From Halioglobus sp. (GTDB lineage: Bacteria; Pseudomonadota; Gammaproteobacteria; Pseudomonadales; Halieaceae), in the NCBI GenBank assembly GCA_041396025.1, contig JAWKZL010000004.1, positions 113,116-177,115 of the forward strand: a stretch of DNA of 64,000 nt, given 5' to 3'. The position numbers and the translations under genes were made by a program. Of this stretch, positions 40,163 to 49,784 are shown in pieces. Position 1 is the first letter of the stretch. Every line of letters begins with the position of its first letter. The notes under the pieces are model-generated. The model was not told where the DNA came from. It saw only the letters and a program-made list of their open reading frames with translations, and did no database searches.

Positions 40163-40510
40163 TCAGCTGTGCACTTTTTTCACAAATTCAGATTTCAGCT
40201 GCATCGCGCCGAAACCGTCAATCTTGCAGTCAATATCATGGTCGCCCTCCACCAGGCGAATATTCTTGACACGCGTGCCCACCTTTAGCACTGACGATGA
40301 CCCCTTGACCTTTAAATCCTTGATCACGGTCACTGTGTCACCATCGGCCAGCGCGTTGCCATTGGCGTCGCGGACCTGGGCGTGACTCTCTGATTCCTTG
40401 CTACTTCCCGCCTCACTCCACTCGTGCGCACACTCGGGACAGACAAACAGGTTCCTGTCCTGGTAAGTGTAAGCAGACTGGCACTGTGGGCAGCAGGGTA
40501 ATGTACTCAT
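40163..40510 (-). CDS. phnA: PhnA/YjdM zinc-ribbon protein
   Basis: CPQC..YTY...[37 protein letters not shown]. Confidence 0.93.
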   Translation of the reverse strand: MSTLPCCPQCQSAYTYQDRNLFVCPECAHEWSEAGSSKESESHAQVRDANGNALADGDTVTVIKDLKVKGSSSVLKVGTRVKNIRLVEGDHDIDCKIDGFGAMQLKSEFVKKVHS

Positions 40511-40870
40511 CGTTTATTCCTGACTCGATTGCGGCACCGCAAGCCTGACCGGCAAACCTGCCACACCGTGTATCAGCCTTGCAGAGGAACGAAGGCGCTA
40601 GCCTCATTGTGGCCAGATTCGACCAACTACAGCCGAATCTTGCCTGAGCTGTTATATGAATTCTACTACTCAGAACAAAAGAGTTGTCGACTTACGCGCC
40701 GGTATTTGTTTCTATCTGTAAAGTGCCCTCTGGGCACCCTTCGCTGTATTGCTTCGCCATTAGACAAGCTTATACACGCAACACATCGTTATCTTACCTG
40801 TCGCCAGCGGTCGCCAGTGACTCTGTCACGCGACCGTCAGGCGGCACAGTCTGCCACGGGGGCACACTCT

Positions 40871-41074
40871 ATGAGAAGACAGAAGCGCGATATGAACTCC
40901 AGAGCATTCGACAGGGGCTATCAGGCCGGTATCTCCGGTCGCAGTATCGATTTTTGCCCGCATGAAGAAGAAGAGCACAGGCAACATTGGGTTTCGGGGT
41001 GGCGCGAAGGGCGCAGCGATCAATGGGATGGTCTTACGGGCGTTTCAGGTGTGCATAAATTGCGCGCGATCTGA
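40871..41074 (+). CDS. rmf: Ribosome modulation factor
   Basis: MRRQKRD...RGYQAGISGRS..CP...W..GWREG; true start ATG 40871. Confidence 0.95.
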   Translation: MRRQKRDMNSRAFDRGYQAGISGRSIDFCPHEEEEHRQHWVSGWREGRSDQWDGLTGVSGVHKLRAI

Positions 41075-41087
41075 CCAAATAACCACG

Positions 41088-41115
41088 AGCCCTGGCGATT
41101 CAGCCAGGGCTATTC
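41088..41115 (+). terminator. rmf terminator hairpin
   Basis: AGCCCTGGC-N6-GCCAGGGCT then ATTC. Confidence 0.65.
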
Positions 41116-41234
41116 ACACGCTAATTGGCAAGCGTGAATTCAAGTTCTGAATCGCGTGAACGTCTGCTGACAATTCTCTCAGTACTGTCGAGTCGCATGC
41201 GTTATAACCTCCATTTAGCATCAATGTCCGCCGA

Positions 41235-44200
41235 CTAGTCGCTGGCGGCAGCGCGCGCGGTGCTTTGGGCGAGATCCAGTAACTCGCGATTGGCGACTGC
41301 CAGCATCGCAAAATCCGGCACCGCTACGGATTGCAATTCGCTCAGCATCTTGTTCCAGCGCTGCAACAGCTGGTCTTCTCGGGCTTCCCATCGTTGCACA
41401 CATTCCAGCAAGTCTCGGTCTTCACCAAGATGGTGCAAGGCACCGACGGCCAGAGTGCGTTGTTGCCACTCCAGGTCTTCCAGATAGGTATCTCGCGCCT
41501 GTGCCTGCCATTCATTTTCCACGCGGGTGTCCAGAATGCGGCCGGTAAACCAATCCAGTTGCAATTTTTCCCCAATCGCCGAGTAGAGGGTCGCGATTTC
41601 CATCACCGGTGCGCCTGCTTCCGTGGCAGTCTGTATGATACCCAAAGCCATGTAGTTGTAATAACTACCGGCGACTGCCTCTGCCAACGCTGCATCGACG
41701 CCGCCGCTTTTGTAGTGTTGACACATTTGTTGATACCGCTGCGCGGCACCCCCGCGCAACAAGGTAGAGAGTGCTTTAGGTAACTGCACGGCACCCGCTC
41801 TGAATTGCTCGATCAGTGCGGTCGGCGATAGTTGCCTACGACGATTGCGCAACAGCCAGCGCGTTGCGCGTTTTACCAGGCCAACGAGCGCCAGCATCAT
41901 ATCAGCCTGCACATTTGGGTTTACGCTGTGATCCAGGCTTTCTATCTGATCCCATAAATCCGGCAATCGGTAAATAGCCATGGCAGCGGTATAGGCACAG
42001 GCGATATCCGCCACCGAGGCACCGGTGGCCTTTTGCAGGCGCGACACAAAATTCAGACCCATACGGTTGATAAGGTCGTTGGCAAGTTGCGTGGCAACAA
42101 TTTCGCGGTGCAGTCGATGTGCCTGAATTTCCTGAGGATAACGCTCCACCAGCTGTTGTGGGAATGCGCTGTATAAATGCGCCAATAAGCACTCGTCGTG
42201 CGGCAACTCCGCCGTCATTAGGATTTCTTTCAGGGCAGCTTTGCTGTAGGACACCAACACCGATAGCTCCGGGCGTGTCAGCGCTTTACCCTGCGCGCGC
42301 CTTTCCAGCAACTCTTCATCGGTTGGAATGAATTCCAATGACCTGTCCAAGCGTCCTGCCGCCACCAGAACCTCGATAAAGCGTTGGTACTCAAGACTGC
42401 GCATCTGTGCCTGATATTCAGCCAGGCTGATCGCCTGGGTCTGCCGGTAATTATTTTTAAGCACCAACTTCGCAACGCTATCAGTCATTTCCTCGAGTAA
42501 CTGGTTGCGACTGCTGTCAGACAAATCACCGCGCGCCACTATAGAATCAATCAGTATCTTGATATTGACTTCGTGGTCAGAGCAATCAACGCCACCGGCA
42601 TTGTCGATAAAATCGGTATTACAGCGGCCTCCGCCCAGACAGTATTGCACGCGCGCCAATTGCGTCATCCCGAGATTGCCGCCTTCACCCACCACACGGC
42701 AACGCAACTGCGTCGCATCGATACGCAGTGCGTCGTTGGATTTGTCACCCACCACCATATGCGATTCGGCTGAGGATTTAACATAGGTACCAATGCCGCC
42801 ATTCCACAGCAGGTCGACCTGCGCCTGCAACAAGTAGGTAATTAGTTCCGTTGGCGTAATCCAGGCAGCATCAATATCGAAGGATTGCTGGATTTGTTTC
42901 GATAAGGTAATTGACTTGGCCGAGCGCTCGAAAATTCCGCCGCCCTCGGAAATGAGTTCCTGTCGATAATCCGACCAGCTGGAACGCTCCATCTCAAATA
43001 ACCTGCTGCGTTCGGCGAAACTGCTGCCGGGTTCAGGATTCGGATCGATAAATATGTGCTGATGATTAAATGCAGCAAGCAAGCGGATGTGCGGCGACAA
43101 TAACATGCCGTTACCAAATACATCACCGGCCATATCTCCAATACCCACCACTGTGAAGTCGGTGGCCTGGATATCCACACCCATTTCGCGAAAATGGCGC
43201 TGCACAGATACCCAGGCGCCGCGCGCAGTAATACCCATTTTCTTGTGGTCGTAGCCAGCGCTGCCGCCCGAGGCAAAAGCATCACCAAGCCAGAACTGGT
43301 ACTGCGCGGCAATGCGATTGGCAATATCGGAAAACGATGCGGTACCCTTATCAGCGGCCACCACCAGATAGGGATCGTCTTCGTCTTTAACGACAACCTG
43401 TGCCGGCCTGATCACGCCGTTGGCAGAGTGGTTATCGGTAATATCGAGCAGGCCGCGGATGAACAATTCGTAGCAGGCGATGCCCTCTTCCTGCCTCTGC
43501 GCTCGCGACCAACCAGGCTGTATCTGTCTCGCAACAAAGCCCCCTTTTGCACCAACAGGGACAATAACTGCATTTTTAACCTGCTGCGCCTTGACTAACC
43601 CCAACACCTCAGTGCGAAAGTCCTCGAATCTGTCCGACCAGCGCAGGCCCCCGCGCGCTACCTTGCCACCGCGCAAGTGAACTCCTTCAACCCGGGGTGA
43701 GTAGACGTAAATCTCAAACATCGGCACAGGTCTTGGTACGTCAGGAATCTGTGCAGGGCACAACTTGAATGAAAAGTAGGGTTTCAGCTCGCCGTCCACG
43801 GATTGCTGAAAAAAGTTGGTTCGCTGCGTAGCCTTTATCACTAGTACGAACTGACGCAGAATCCGATCTTCACCGAGGTTTGGCACGGCATCGAGCGCTT
43901 GTAACACCTGCTCTTCAATGGCGCTCTCGCGCTGTTCCCGAAAGTCCTGATCGCCTTCAAAGTCGGGTGAAAAACGCGTGAGAAACAATTCGACCAGTGC
44001 GGCAGTGATATGCAGGTGATTAGCCAGCGTTTGCGCTATGTATTGCACACTGTAGGGAAACTGAAGTTGTCTCAGGTAACGAGCATACGCTCGCAGCAAT
44101 GCGATCTCACGCCAATTGAGTTGGGTACCAATCAGCAATTTGTTGAAACAGTCATCCTCGGCCTCGCCGTTCCATATGCGTGCAAATGCATCCTCAAATT

Positions 44201-46091
44201 CCTCTTTCACTTCCGCTATATCGATATCGCGCGACAAGGCGTATATCAGGCTGAATTCCTGTACCCATACTGTCTGGCTGTCTCGCCTGCGAATACAGTA
44301 CGGCCGTTCTGTGGTCACACGAAGCCCGAGGTTCTCCAGCATCGGAAGCACATCCGAGAGTGGCAAACTGTTTGCGCGTTGAAACAGTCGAAGTCGAAGG
44401 TTGTCGTCATCGGCAGAGTCCAGACGATAAAAATCAACGGCCAGTGCGTCGTCGTCTGTGAGGCGCTGGATATGCCGGATATCAGCCGCCGCAACACGGG
44501 GCTCGAAGTCATCACGATAACCCGGTGGAAATCCACCAGCGTAATCGCTAGACAGAATCCCACCGAGTTCTTCGCCAAACTCCTCGATCAGACAGGTGTG
44601 TAGACCGTCTTGCCAAGCCAGTAGAGCCTTAACGATCTGCGCCTCTATGGCATCGACGTCAAACTGCAACTGAACAGCGGGGTCCACTCGCAACACAAAG
44701 TAGCAGCGCACCAGAATCGACTCGCAGTAATAAGCAGTGAATTCCACTTCCTGCGCGCCAAATGCGGCTCTCAGAATCGCCTCGATCTTCAAACGTTGTT
44801 CGGTGTTGTAGCTATCCCGCGGAATGTACACCAGACAGTTTACAAACTTTCCGTGTGTGTCTCTGCGTACAAACAAGCGGGTCTGTCTTCGCTCCTGTAT
44901 GGCGTTAACCGCGTTCACGGTAACGCATAATTCCTGCGCACTGGATTGGAATAGTTCGTCTCGCGGAAACTCATCCAGCACGCGCACCAGTTCCCTGCTC
45001 TCATGCTCTGACCAGTGCAGATTCGACAGTTCCAGGACATGCTGCACCTTGCGCCGCAGCACTGGAATTAATTCCGGGTCCATTGAGTAGACCATGGATG
45101 TGTACAGACCCAGGAACCGATGCTGCCCGATAATTTGTCCCGCCGTACCAAATTCCCTGATTTCAACATAATCCGGATAGGCCACACGATGAACACGAGA
45201 GCAGTGACCCGACTTGGAAAAATCCAGAGGATTATCGAGTAATTCCTGCTCAGAAAGAGTCTGCATATAAAGCTGCTGATCCTGCACACCGCGAGTGCCC
45301 ATGCGACGCAACAAGCCTAAACTGCGCTGCGGCCTTGGCTCTATTACTGCAGCATCGCTCGATGTATCCACCGCATAATACTCGTAGCCGAGCAATATCA
45401 TATGATCGCGCTGCAACCATTGCAGGAATGCCACCGCCTCCTCTCGTACGGCCTGCGCGATACAGATGCTGTCTGCTACCACCTGTCCCACGTCCTGCAT
45501 GCGCGCACACATCTGTGGAAAATCCTGCACCACCAGGGACACTTCTTCGAGGATATCGACAATAGTTTGTTGCAGTTCTTCAAGCTCAGACACGTTGGAT
45601 ATACGGCTCAACTCAAAAAATAGAACAGCTTCCAGCGCGGTATTTCCCTTGGTCGCATTGTCTGCAGGTAGCACTTTAAGCAGCGAGCCGGCACCGTTCC
45701 TGTGCGTCGCCAGATTGGAACTGACAATTGTGTGGATACCCAGGTTGCGTCGGTTCAGTTCGCCGCGCACTGATGATGTACAAAACGGAATCCCGCGACA
45801 CAGTACTACCAAGGTAGTGAAAGGACTATCCCAACCGTGGGTTTTTTTGTCCGGATTGAACAGTTGCACCCGTGACCCACCCTTGGGCCATTGACTGATG
45901 AAATCCAGCACTCCGTGCAAACATCCCCATAGTGTATCGACGCTGCGGTCACGGATATCGTCCGGTTGAAAACGCCAGAAAAGTGCAGACGAAAGATTGT
46001 GCAGCGACTCCTGTTGCGCAGGATCGGCTATGTCATCGATGCGCGCAGCCAATTCGTGCAATAAGCTTTCTTTCAATCCCTCTGCTACCAT
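41235..46091 (-). CDS. gdhB: Large NAD-specific glutamate dehydrogenase
   Basis: GVHLRGGKVARGGLRWSDR, VVAADKGTASFSD, GYDHKKMGITARG, DNAGGVDCSDHEVNIK; about 1620 aa. Confidence 0.95.
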   Translation of the reverse strand: MVAEGLKESLLHELAARIDDIADPAQQESLHNLSSALFWRFQPDDIRDRSVDTLWGCLHGVLDFISQWPKGGSRVQLFNPDKKTHGWDSPFTTLVVLCRGIPFCTSSVRGELNRRNLGIHTIVSSNLATHRNGAGSLLKVLPADNATKGNTALEAVLFFELSRISNVSELEELQQTIVDILEEVSLVVQDFPQMCARMQDVGQVVADSICIAQAVREEAVAFLQWLQRDHMILLGYEYYAVDTSSDAAVIEPRPQRSLGLLRRMGTRGVQDQQLYMQTLSEQELLDNPLDFSKSGHCSRVHRVAYPDYVEIREFGTAGQIIGQHRFLGLYTSMVYSMDPELIPVLRRKVQHVLELSNLHWSEHESRELVRVLDEFPRDELFQSSAQELCVTVNAVNAIQERRQTRLFVRRDTHGKFVNCLVYIPRDSYNTEQRLKIEAILRAAFGAQEVEFTAYYCESILVRCYFVLRVDPAVQLQFDVDAIEAQIVKALLAWQDGLHTCLIEEFGEELGGILSSDYAGGFPPGYRDDFEPRVAAADIRHIQRLTDDDALAVDFYRLDSADDDNLRLRLFQRANSLPLSDVLPMLENLGLRVTTERPYCIRRRDSQTVWVQEFSLIYALSRDIDIAEVKEEFEDAFARIWNGEAEDDCFNKLLIGTQLNWREIALLRAYARYLRQLQFPYSVQYIAQTLANHLHITAALVELFLTRFSPDFEGDQDFREQRESAIEEQVLQALDAVPNLGEDRILRQFVLVIKATQRTNFFQQSVDGELKPYFSFKLCPAQIPDVPRPVPMFEIYVYSPRVEGVHLRGGKVARGGLRWSDRFEDFRTEVLGLVKAQQVKNAVIVPVGAKGGFVARQIQPGWSRAQRQEEGIACYELFIRGLLDITDNHSANGVIRPAQVVVKDEDDPYLVVAADKGTASFSDIANRIAAQYQFWLGDAFASGGSAGYDHKKMGITARGAWVSVQRHFREMGVDIQATDFTVVGIGDMAGDVFGNGMLLSPHIRLLAAFNHQHIFIDPNPEPGSSFAERSRLFEMERSSWSDYRQELISEGGGIFERSAKSITLSKQIQQSFDIDAAWITPTELITYLLQAQVDLLWNGGIGTYVKSSAESHMVVGDKSNDALRIDATQLRCRVVGEGGNLGMTQLARVQYCLGGGRCNTDFIDNAGGVDCSDHEVNIKILIDSIVARGDLSDSSRNQLLEEMTDSVAKLVLKNNYRQTQAISLAEYQAQMRSLEYQRFIEVLVAAGRLDRSLEFIPTDEELLERRAQGKALTRPELSVLVSYSKAALKEILMTAELPHDECLLAHLYSAFPQQLVERYPQEIQAHRLHREIVATQLANDLINRMGLNFVSRLQKATGASVADIACAYTAAMAIYRLPDLWDQIESLDHSVNPNVQADMMLALVGLVKRATRWLLRNRRRQLSPTALIEQFRAGAVQLPKALSTLLRGGAAQRYQQMCQHYKSGGVDAALAEAVAGSYYNYMALGIIQTATEAGAPVMEIATLYSAIGEKLQLDWFTGRILDTRVENEWQAQARDTYLEDLEWQQRTLAVGALHHLGEDRDLLECVQRWEAREDQLLQRWNKMLSELQSVAVPDFAMLAVANRELLDLAQSTARAAASD

Positions 46092-46362
46092 GCGAGCAAT
46101 CCCCAAGTAATCAAGGTGACGAGCGTGTGCTCGTTATTTTATGTATGGCGCCAGTGTAGCGCATTGCAACTATGATACGGCTAGCTGAGGAACTTTTTCT
46201 ACGCTGATCAGTCACAGGAAACGCTCCAGCACTCGCGCTGGACGAAGCGACATCTTTCGCTACAATGCGCTGCACTCTTACTGCTCAAGTACGGCGGTGG
46301 GTCTTGGTATTGCAGCAGGGTGTCATCACACCACTATTCAAAAGTATTCCACAGGAGATTTC

Positions 46363-47319
46363 GTGGCAAACGCAGACATCCGGGCACTCGAAGAATGGCT
46401 GAGCGGGCAAATTATTGGACAGGCTCACCTGGTACAACGACTGATCATCGCCCTGCTGGCAGACGGACATCTGCTGGTAGAGGGCGCTCCCGGACTTGCC
46501 AAGACCAGGGCGATCAAGTCGCTGGCTGACGGCATCGAAGGTAGCTTTCACCGTATTCAATTTACCCCCGATTTACTACCCGGCGATGTCACAGGAACGG
46601 AAATTTACCGGCCACAGGAAGGCAGTTTTCACTTTCAGAAAGGCCCGGTGTTCCACAATCTGGTGCTGGCCGACGAGGTGAACCGAGCGCCTGCCAAGGT
46701 GCAGTCAGCATTGCTGGAAGCCATGGCGGAACGGCAGGTCAGTGTCGGCACCCAAACCTACCAGCTACCCGACCTGTTCCTGGTGATGGCGACGCAAAAC
46801 CCCATTGAGCAGGAGGGCACCTACCCACTTCCCGAAGCGCAGTTGGACCGGTTCCTGATGCACGTCCGGGTCGATTACCCCGATACCGCAGCCGAGACCC
46901 AAATCCTGCGACTCACGCGGACCGAGGCGAGCCGCGGCAACAATCACCCACCCGCCGTGTTGCCACAACAGAGTATATTCGGCGCCAGGCAGGAATTGCT
47001 GGCTATGCATATGTCTGAAGCAGTAGAGCAGTACATGGTGCAATTGGTTATCGCTACGCGCTCTCCTGCACGCTACAACGAGAAGCTTGCAGGATGGATT
47101 GAATACGGTGGCAGCCCCCGCGCTACCATTGCCATCGATCGCTGTGCCCGAGCACACGCATGGTTGAAGGGGCGTGATTTTGTCAGCCCGGACGATGTGC
47201 AGGCAGTGGTCGCCGACGCACTCCGGCACAGGCTGATCCTGAGTTTTGAAGCCGAGGCTAATGGCGTCACGCCCGACCGTGTAATCGAGGAACTCTTGAC
47301 CGTCGTACCGGTGGGCTGA
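46363..47319 (+). CDS. moxR: MoxR family AAA+ ATPase
   Basis: GAPGLAKT, RIQFTPDLLP, ADEVNRA, ATQNPIEQEGTYPLPEAQLDRF; SD AGGAG before GTG 46363. Confidence 0.95.
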   Translation: MANADIRALEEWLSGQIIGQAHLVQRLIIALLADGHLLVEGAPGLAKTRAIKSLADGIEGSFHRIQFTPDLLPGDVTGTEIYRPQEGSFHFQKGPVFHNLVLADEVNRAPAKVQSALLEAMAERQVSVGTQTYQLPDLFLVMATQNPIEQEGTYPLPEAQLDRFLMHVRVDYPDTAAETQILRLTRTEASRGNNHPPAVLPQQSIFGARQELLAMHMSEAVEQYMVQLVIATRSPARYNEKLAGWIEYGGSPRATIAIDRCARAHAWLKGRDFVSPDDVQAVVADALRHRLILSFEAEANGVTPDRVIEELLTVVPVG

Positions 47320-47327
47320 GCCCGAAC

Positions 47328-48268
47328 ATGCAACTGGCCGACTTCAATTCCCCCGCTAGTGGCGCCTACCTGGAGCTTCCCGACCTGATCGCGCTGCGCT
47401 TTCCCGCAAGGCAATTGAAACTGGGGCGCAAGAATCGCGCGTTGAGCCAGTTGGCCGGACCGATCAAATCGAACTTCCGCGGCCGGGGCATCGATTTCGA
47501 GGAGGTGCGCAGTTACCAGGCTGGCGACGATATCAGAACGATCGACTGGCGCGTGACCGCCAGAACGGGCAGCGCGCATACCAAGTTATTTCGTGAGGAA
47601 CGTGAACGCCCTGTCATGGTAGTGGTAGATCAGCGCAACAGCATGTTCTTCGGCTCCAGTCACTGTTTCAAATCCGTTTTGGCTGGCCAACTTGCCAGTC
47701 TCCTTGCCTGGAGCGCTCTGCACGGCGGCGACCGTGTGGGAGGACTGGTGTTCAACGAACAGGGCCATCAGGAAATCAGGCCCCGTCGCAGCCGCAAAAC
47801 TGTACTTACGCTGCTCTCGCAGATTATTAGCTACAACGCTGCGCTGCCGCTGGACACGGCCAACGAACAAGACAGTTTTTCGCAGATGCTGTCCAATTTG
47901 CGTCGCATCACGCGCCCGGGAAGCAGCCTTTTTTTGATCAGCGATTTTCGCGGGGCAGCACAGGAACATGCGCAAGAGCATATGTTCGAGCTGGCAAAAC
48001 ACACCGAACTTACCGCTGTAGCGTGCACCGATCCGTTGGAATTCGAACTCCCTCGCGCGGGAAACTATGCTGTGACAGACGGGATTCATAGGAGCGAACT
48101 GCATACCGGTAATCGACAGTTACAGCAGCAATATCGGCAAAAGCAGCAACAACAGCGCGATGAGTTAAGTGCTTACCTGTTGCGACTGGGGTGCCGCTAC
48201 TACAGGCGGGCACAGATCGCGCGCCGTTTGCCCTGCTGCAGAACTACTATGGAGACACGCGGCGGTGA
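47328..48268 (+). CDS. DUF58 family protein (frameshift in a G-run at about 48190)
   Basis: GRGIDFEEVRSYQAGDDIRTIDWRVTAR, ISDF. Adding one G gives ...LRLGVPLLQAGTDRAPFALLQNYYGDTRR*, overlapping the next start codon (GTGA). Confidence 0.88.
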
Positions 48269-48741
48269 ATCAGCAGGATCCTTTGGCGAACTTGCAACCG
48301 CTGCGCCAACCCGAACTCATCGGCTGGTGGCCGCCTGCACCTGGCTGGTGGCTGCTGCTGGCACTCGCTGTGGTGATATTGGCAGTTCTCGCCTACCTGT
48401 GGCGCAAGCGCCGGCAGCGAAATGCCTACCGTCGCGCGGCGCTGCTGCAACTTGAATCTCTGGACACCATGTACACTGCCGACGGTGATGTCAGCAACTA
48501 CATCACACAGATCAACGCACTGCTGAAGTCCGTTGCGCTTCGAGCTTATCCACACCAGATGATTGCCGCAGTGCACGGCAAACAGTGGCGAGATTTCCTC
48601 AATCAGAGTCTGCCAGCGACATTGCAGTTGCAGAACGATTTTGATGCGGCGGCCTATCAAAAGACTGCCCCGGAATTCGATGTGACCCGGTTACAACTCG
48701 CAGCGCGGCATTGGATCAGGAAACACAGGGCAGCATTATGA
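48265..48741 (+). CDS. DUF4381 family protein
   Basis: DPLANLQPL..P..IGWWPPAPGWW + TM + YRRAAL. Confidence 0.88.
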   Translation: MNQQDPLANLQPLRQPELIGWWPPAPGWWLLLALAVVILAVLAYLWRKRRQRNAYRRAALLQLESLDTMYTADGDVSNYITQINALLKSVALRAYPHQMIAAVHGKQWRDFLNQSLPATLQLQNDFDAAAYQKTAPEFDVTRLQLAARHWIRKHRAAL

Positions 48742-49784
48742 TCGAATGGATCTGGCCATGGATGTTGCTGCTGGCACCGCTGCCCTGGTTAGTGCATCGC
48801 CTGCTACCAGCGGCACAGAGTCAGCAAGCGGCGCTGCGTGCCCCCTTCTTCGATGAGTGGCAACAGATCAGCGTTACTCAGAAAGGACGAACCCGCCGCA
48901 GTGGGGTTTTCTCCAACCTGGTGTTGTGGATGCTGTGGCTGCTGCTCCTCGTCGCCGCTGCGCGACCCATGTGGATTGGCGAGCCGATCGAGCTTCCCAA
49001 CAGCGGCCGCGACCTGATGATGGCGGTGGATATTTCCGGTTCTATGCGCATCGAAGATATGCAGATAGGTCAGTCGCTGGTATCGCGCGTCGATGCAGTG
49101 CGTCAAGTAGGTGCACAGTTCATCAGTCAGCGCAGCGGCGATCGCCTGGGTCTGATTCTGTTCGGCAGCAATGCGTATGTGCAATCGCCACTGAGCTTCG
49201 ACACCACCACGGTCAAACGCTTTCTGGCAGAGGCCCAGATCGGCTTCGCCGGCGAGGAAACAGCCATCGGCGATGCCATCGGCCTGGCGGTGAAGCGCCT
49301 CAAGGAACGACCAGCGGAAAGCCGGGTATTGATCCTGCTGACCGATGGACAGGATACGGCCAGTTCAGTGAAACCATTGGACGCCGCGAAATTAGCAGCC
49401 AAGCTGGGCATTCGCATTTACACCATCGGGATCGGGGCGGATTCGCTCACGCTACCGGGCCTGTTTGGCTCCAGCTTCGGCAGTCGGCAGGTCAATCCTT
49501 CGGCAGAACTGGACGAAGCGGGATTGCAGGAAATTGCAAGGTTAACGGGTGGTCAATACTTCCGGGCACGCAATCCACAGGAGTTGGTCAACATCTACGA
49601 CACTCTGGATAAGCTGGAACCGGTAGAGCAGGCCAAAACACTGTATCGTCCGCGGCAATCGTTGGGCTACATTCCCCTGCTGGGCGCATTACTGCTGAGC
49701 TTCCTGCTGGCATTGGAACGCGGTTACCCGGCGCTGCGCGGTCGCTCGCAGAATAGCAGTGCCGACTACCGGGAGGCGCGATGA
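48738..49784 (+). CDS. batA: BatA-like VWA domain membrane protein
   Basis: DISGSM MIDAS, GDRLGLILF, TAIGDAIG, LLTDG. Confidence 0.9.
   Translation: MIEWIWPWMLLLAPLPWLVHRLLPAAQSQQAALRAPFFDEWQQISVTQKGRTRRSGVFSNLVLWMLWLLLLVAAARPMWIGEPIELPNSGRDLMMAVDISGSMRIEDMQIGQSLVSRVDAVRQVGAQFISQRSGDRLGLILFGSNAYVQSPLSFDTTTVKRFLAEAQIGFAGEETAIGDAIGLAVKRLKERPAESRVLILLTDGQDTASSVKPLDAAKLAAKLGIRIYTIGIGADSLTLPGLFGSSFGSRQVNPSAELDEAGLQEIARLTGGQYFRARNPQELVNIYDTLDKLEPVEQAKTLYRPRQSLGYIPLLGALLLSFLLALERGYPALRGRSQNSSADYREAR

Noticed and set aside
40529-40870. 114-aa N-terminal extension on RMF
   Set aside because: RMF similarity starts at ATG 40871; the upstream part is likely promoter or 5' UTR.
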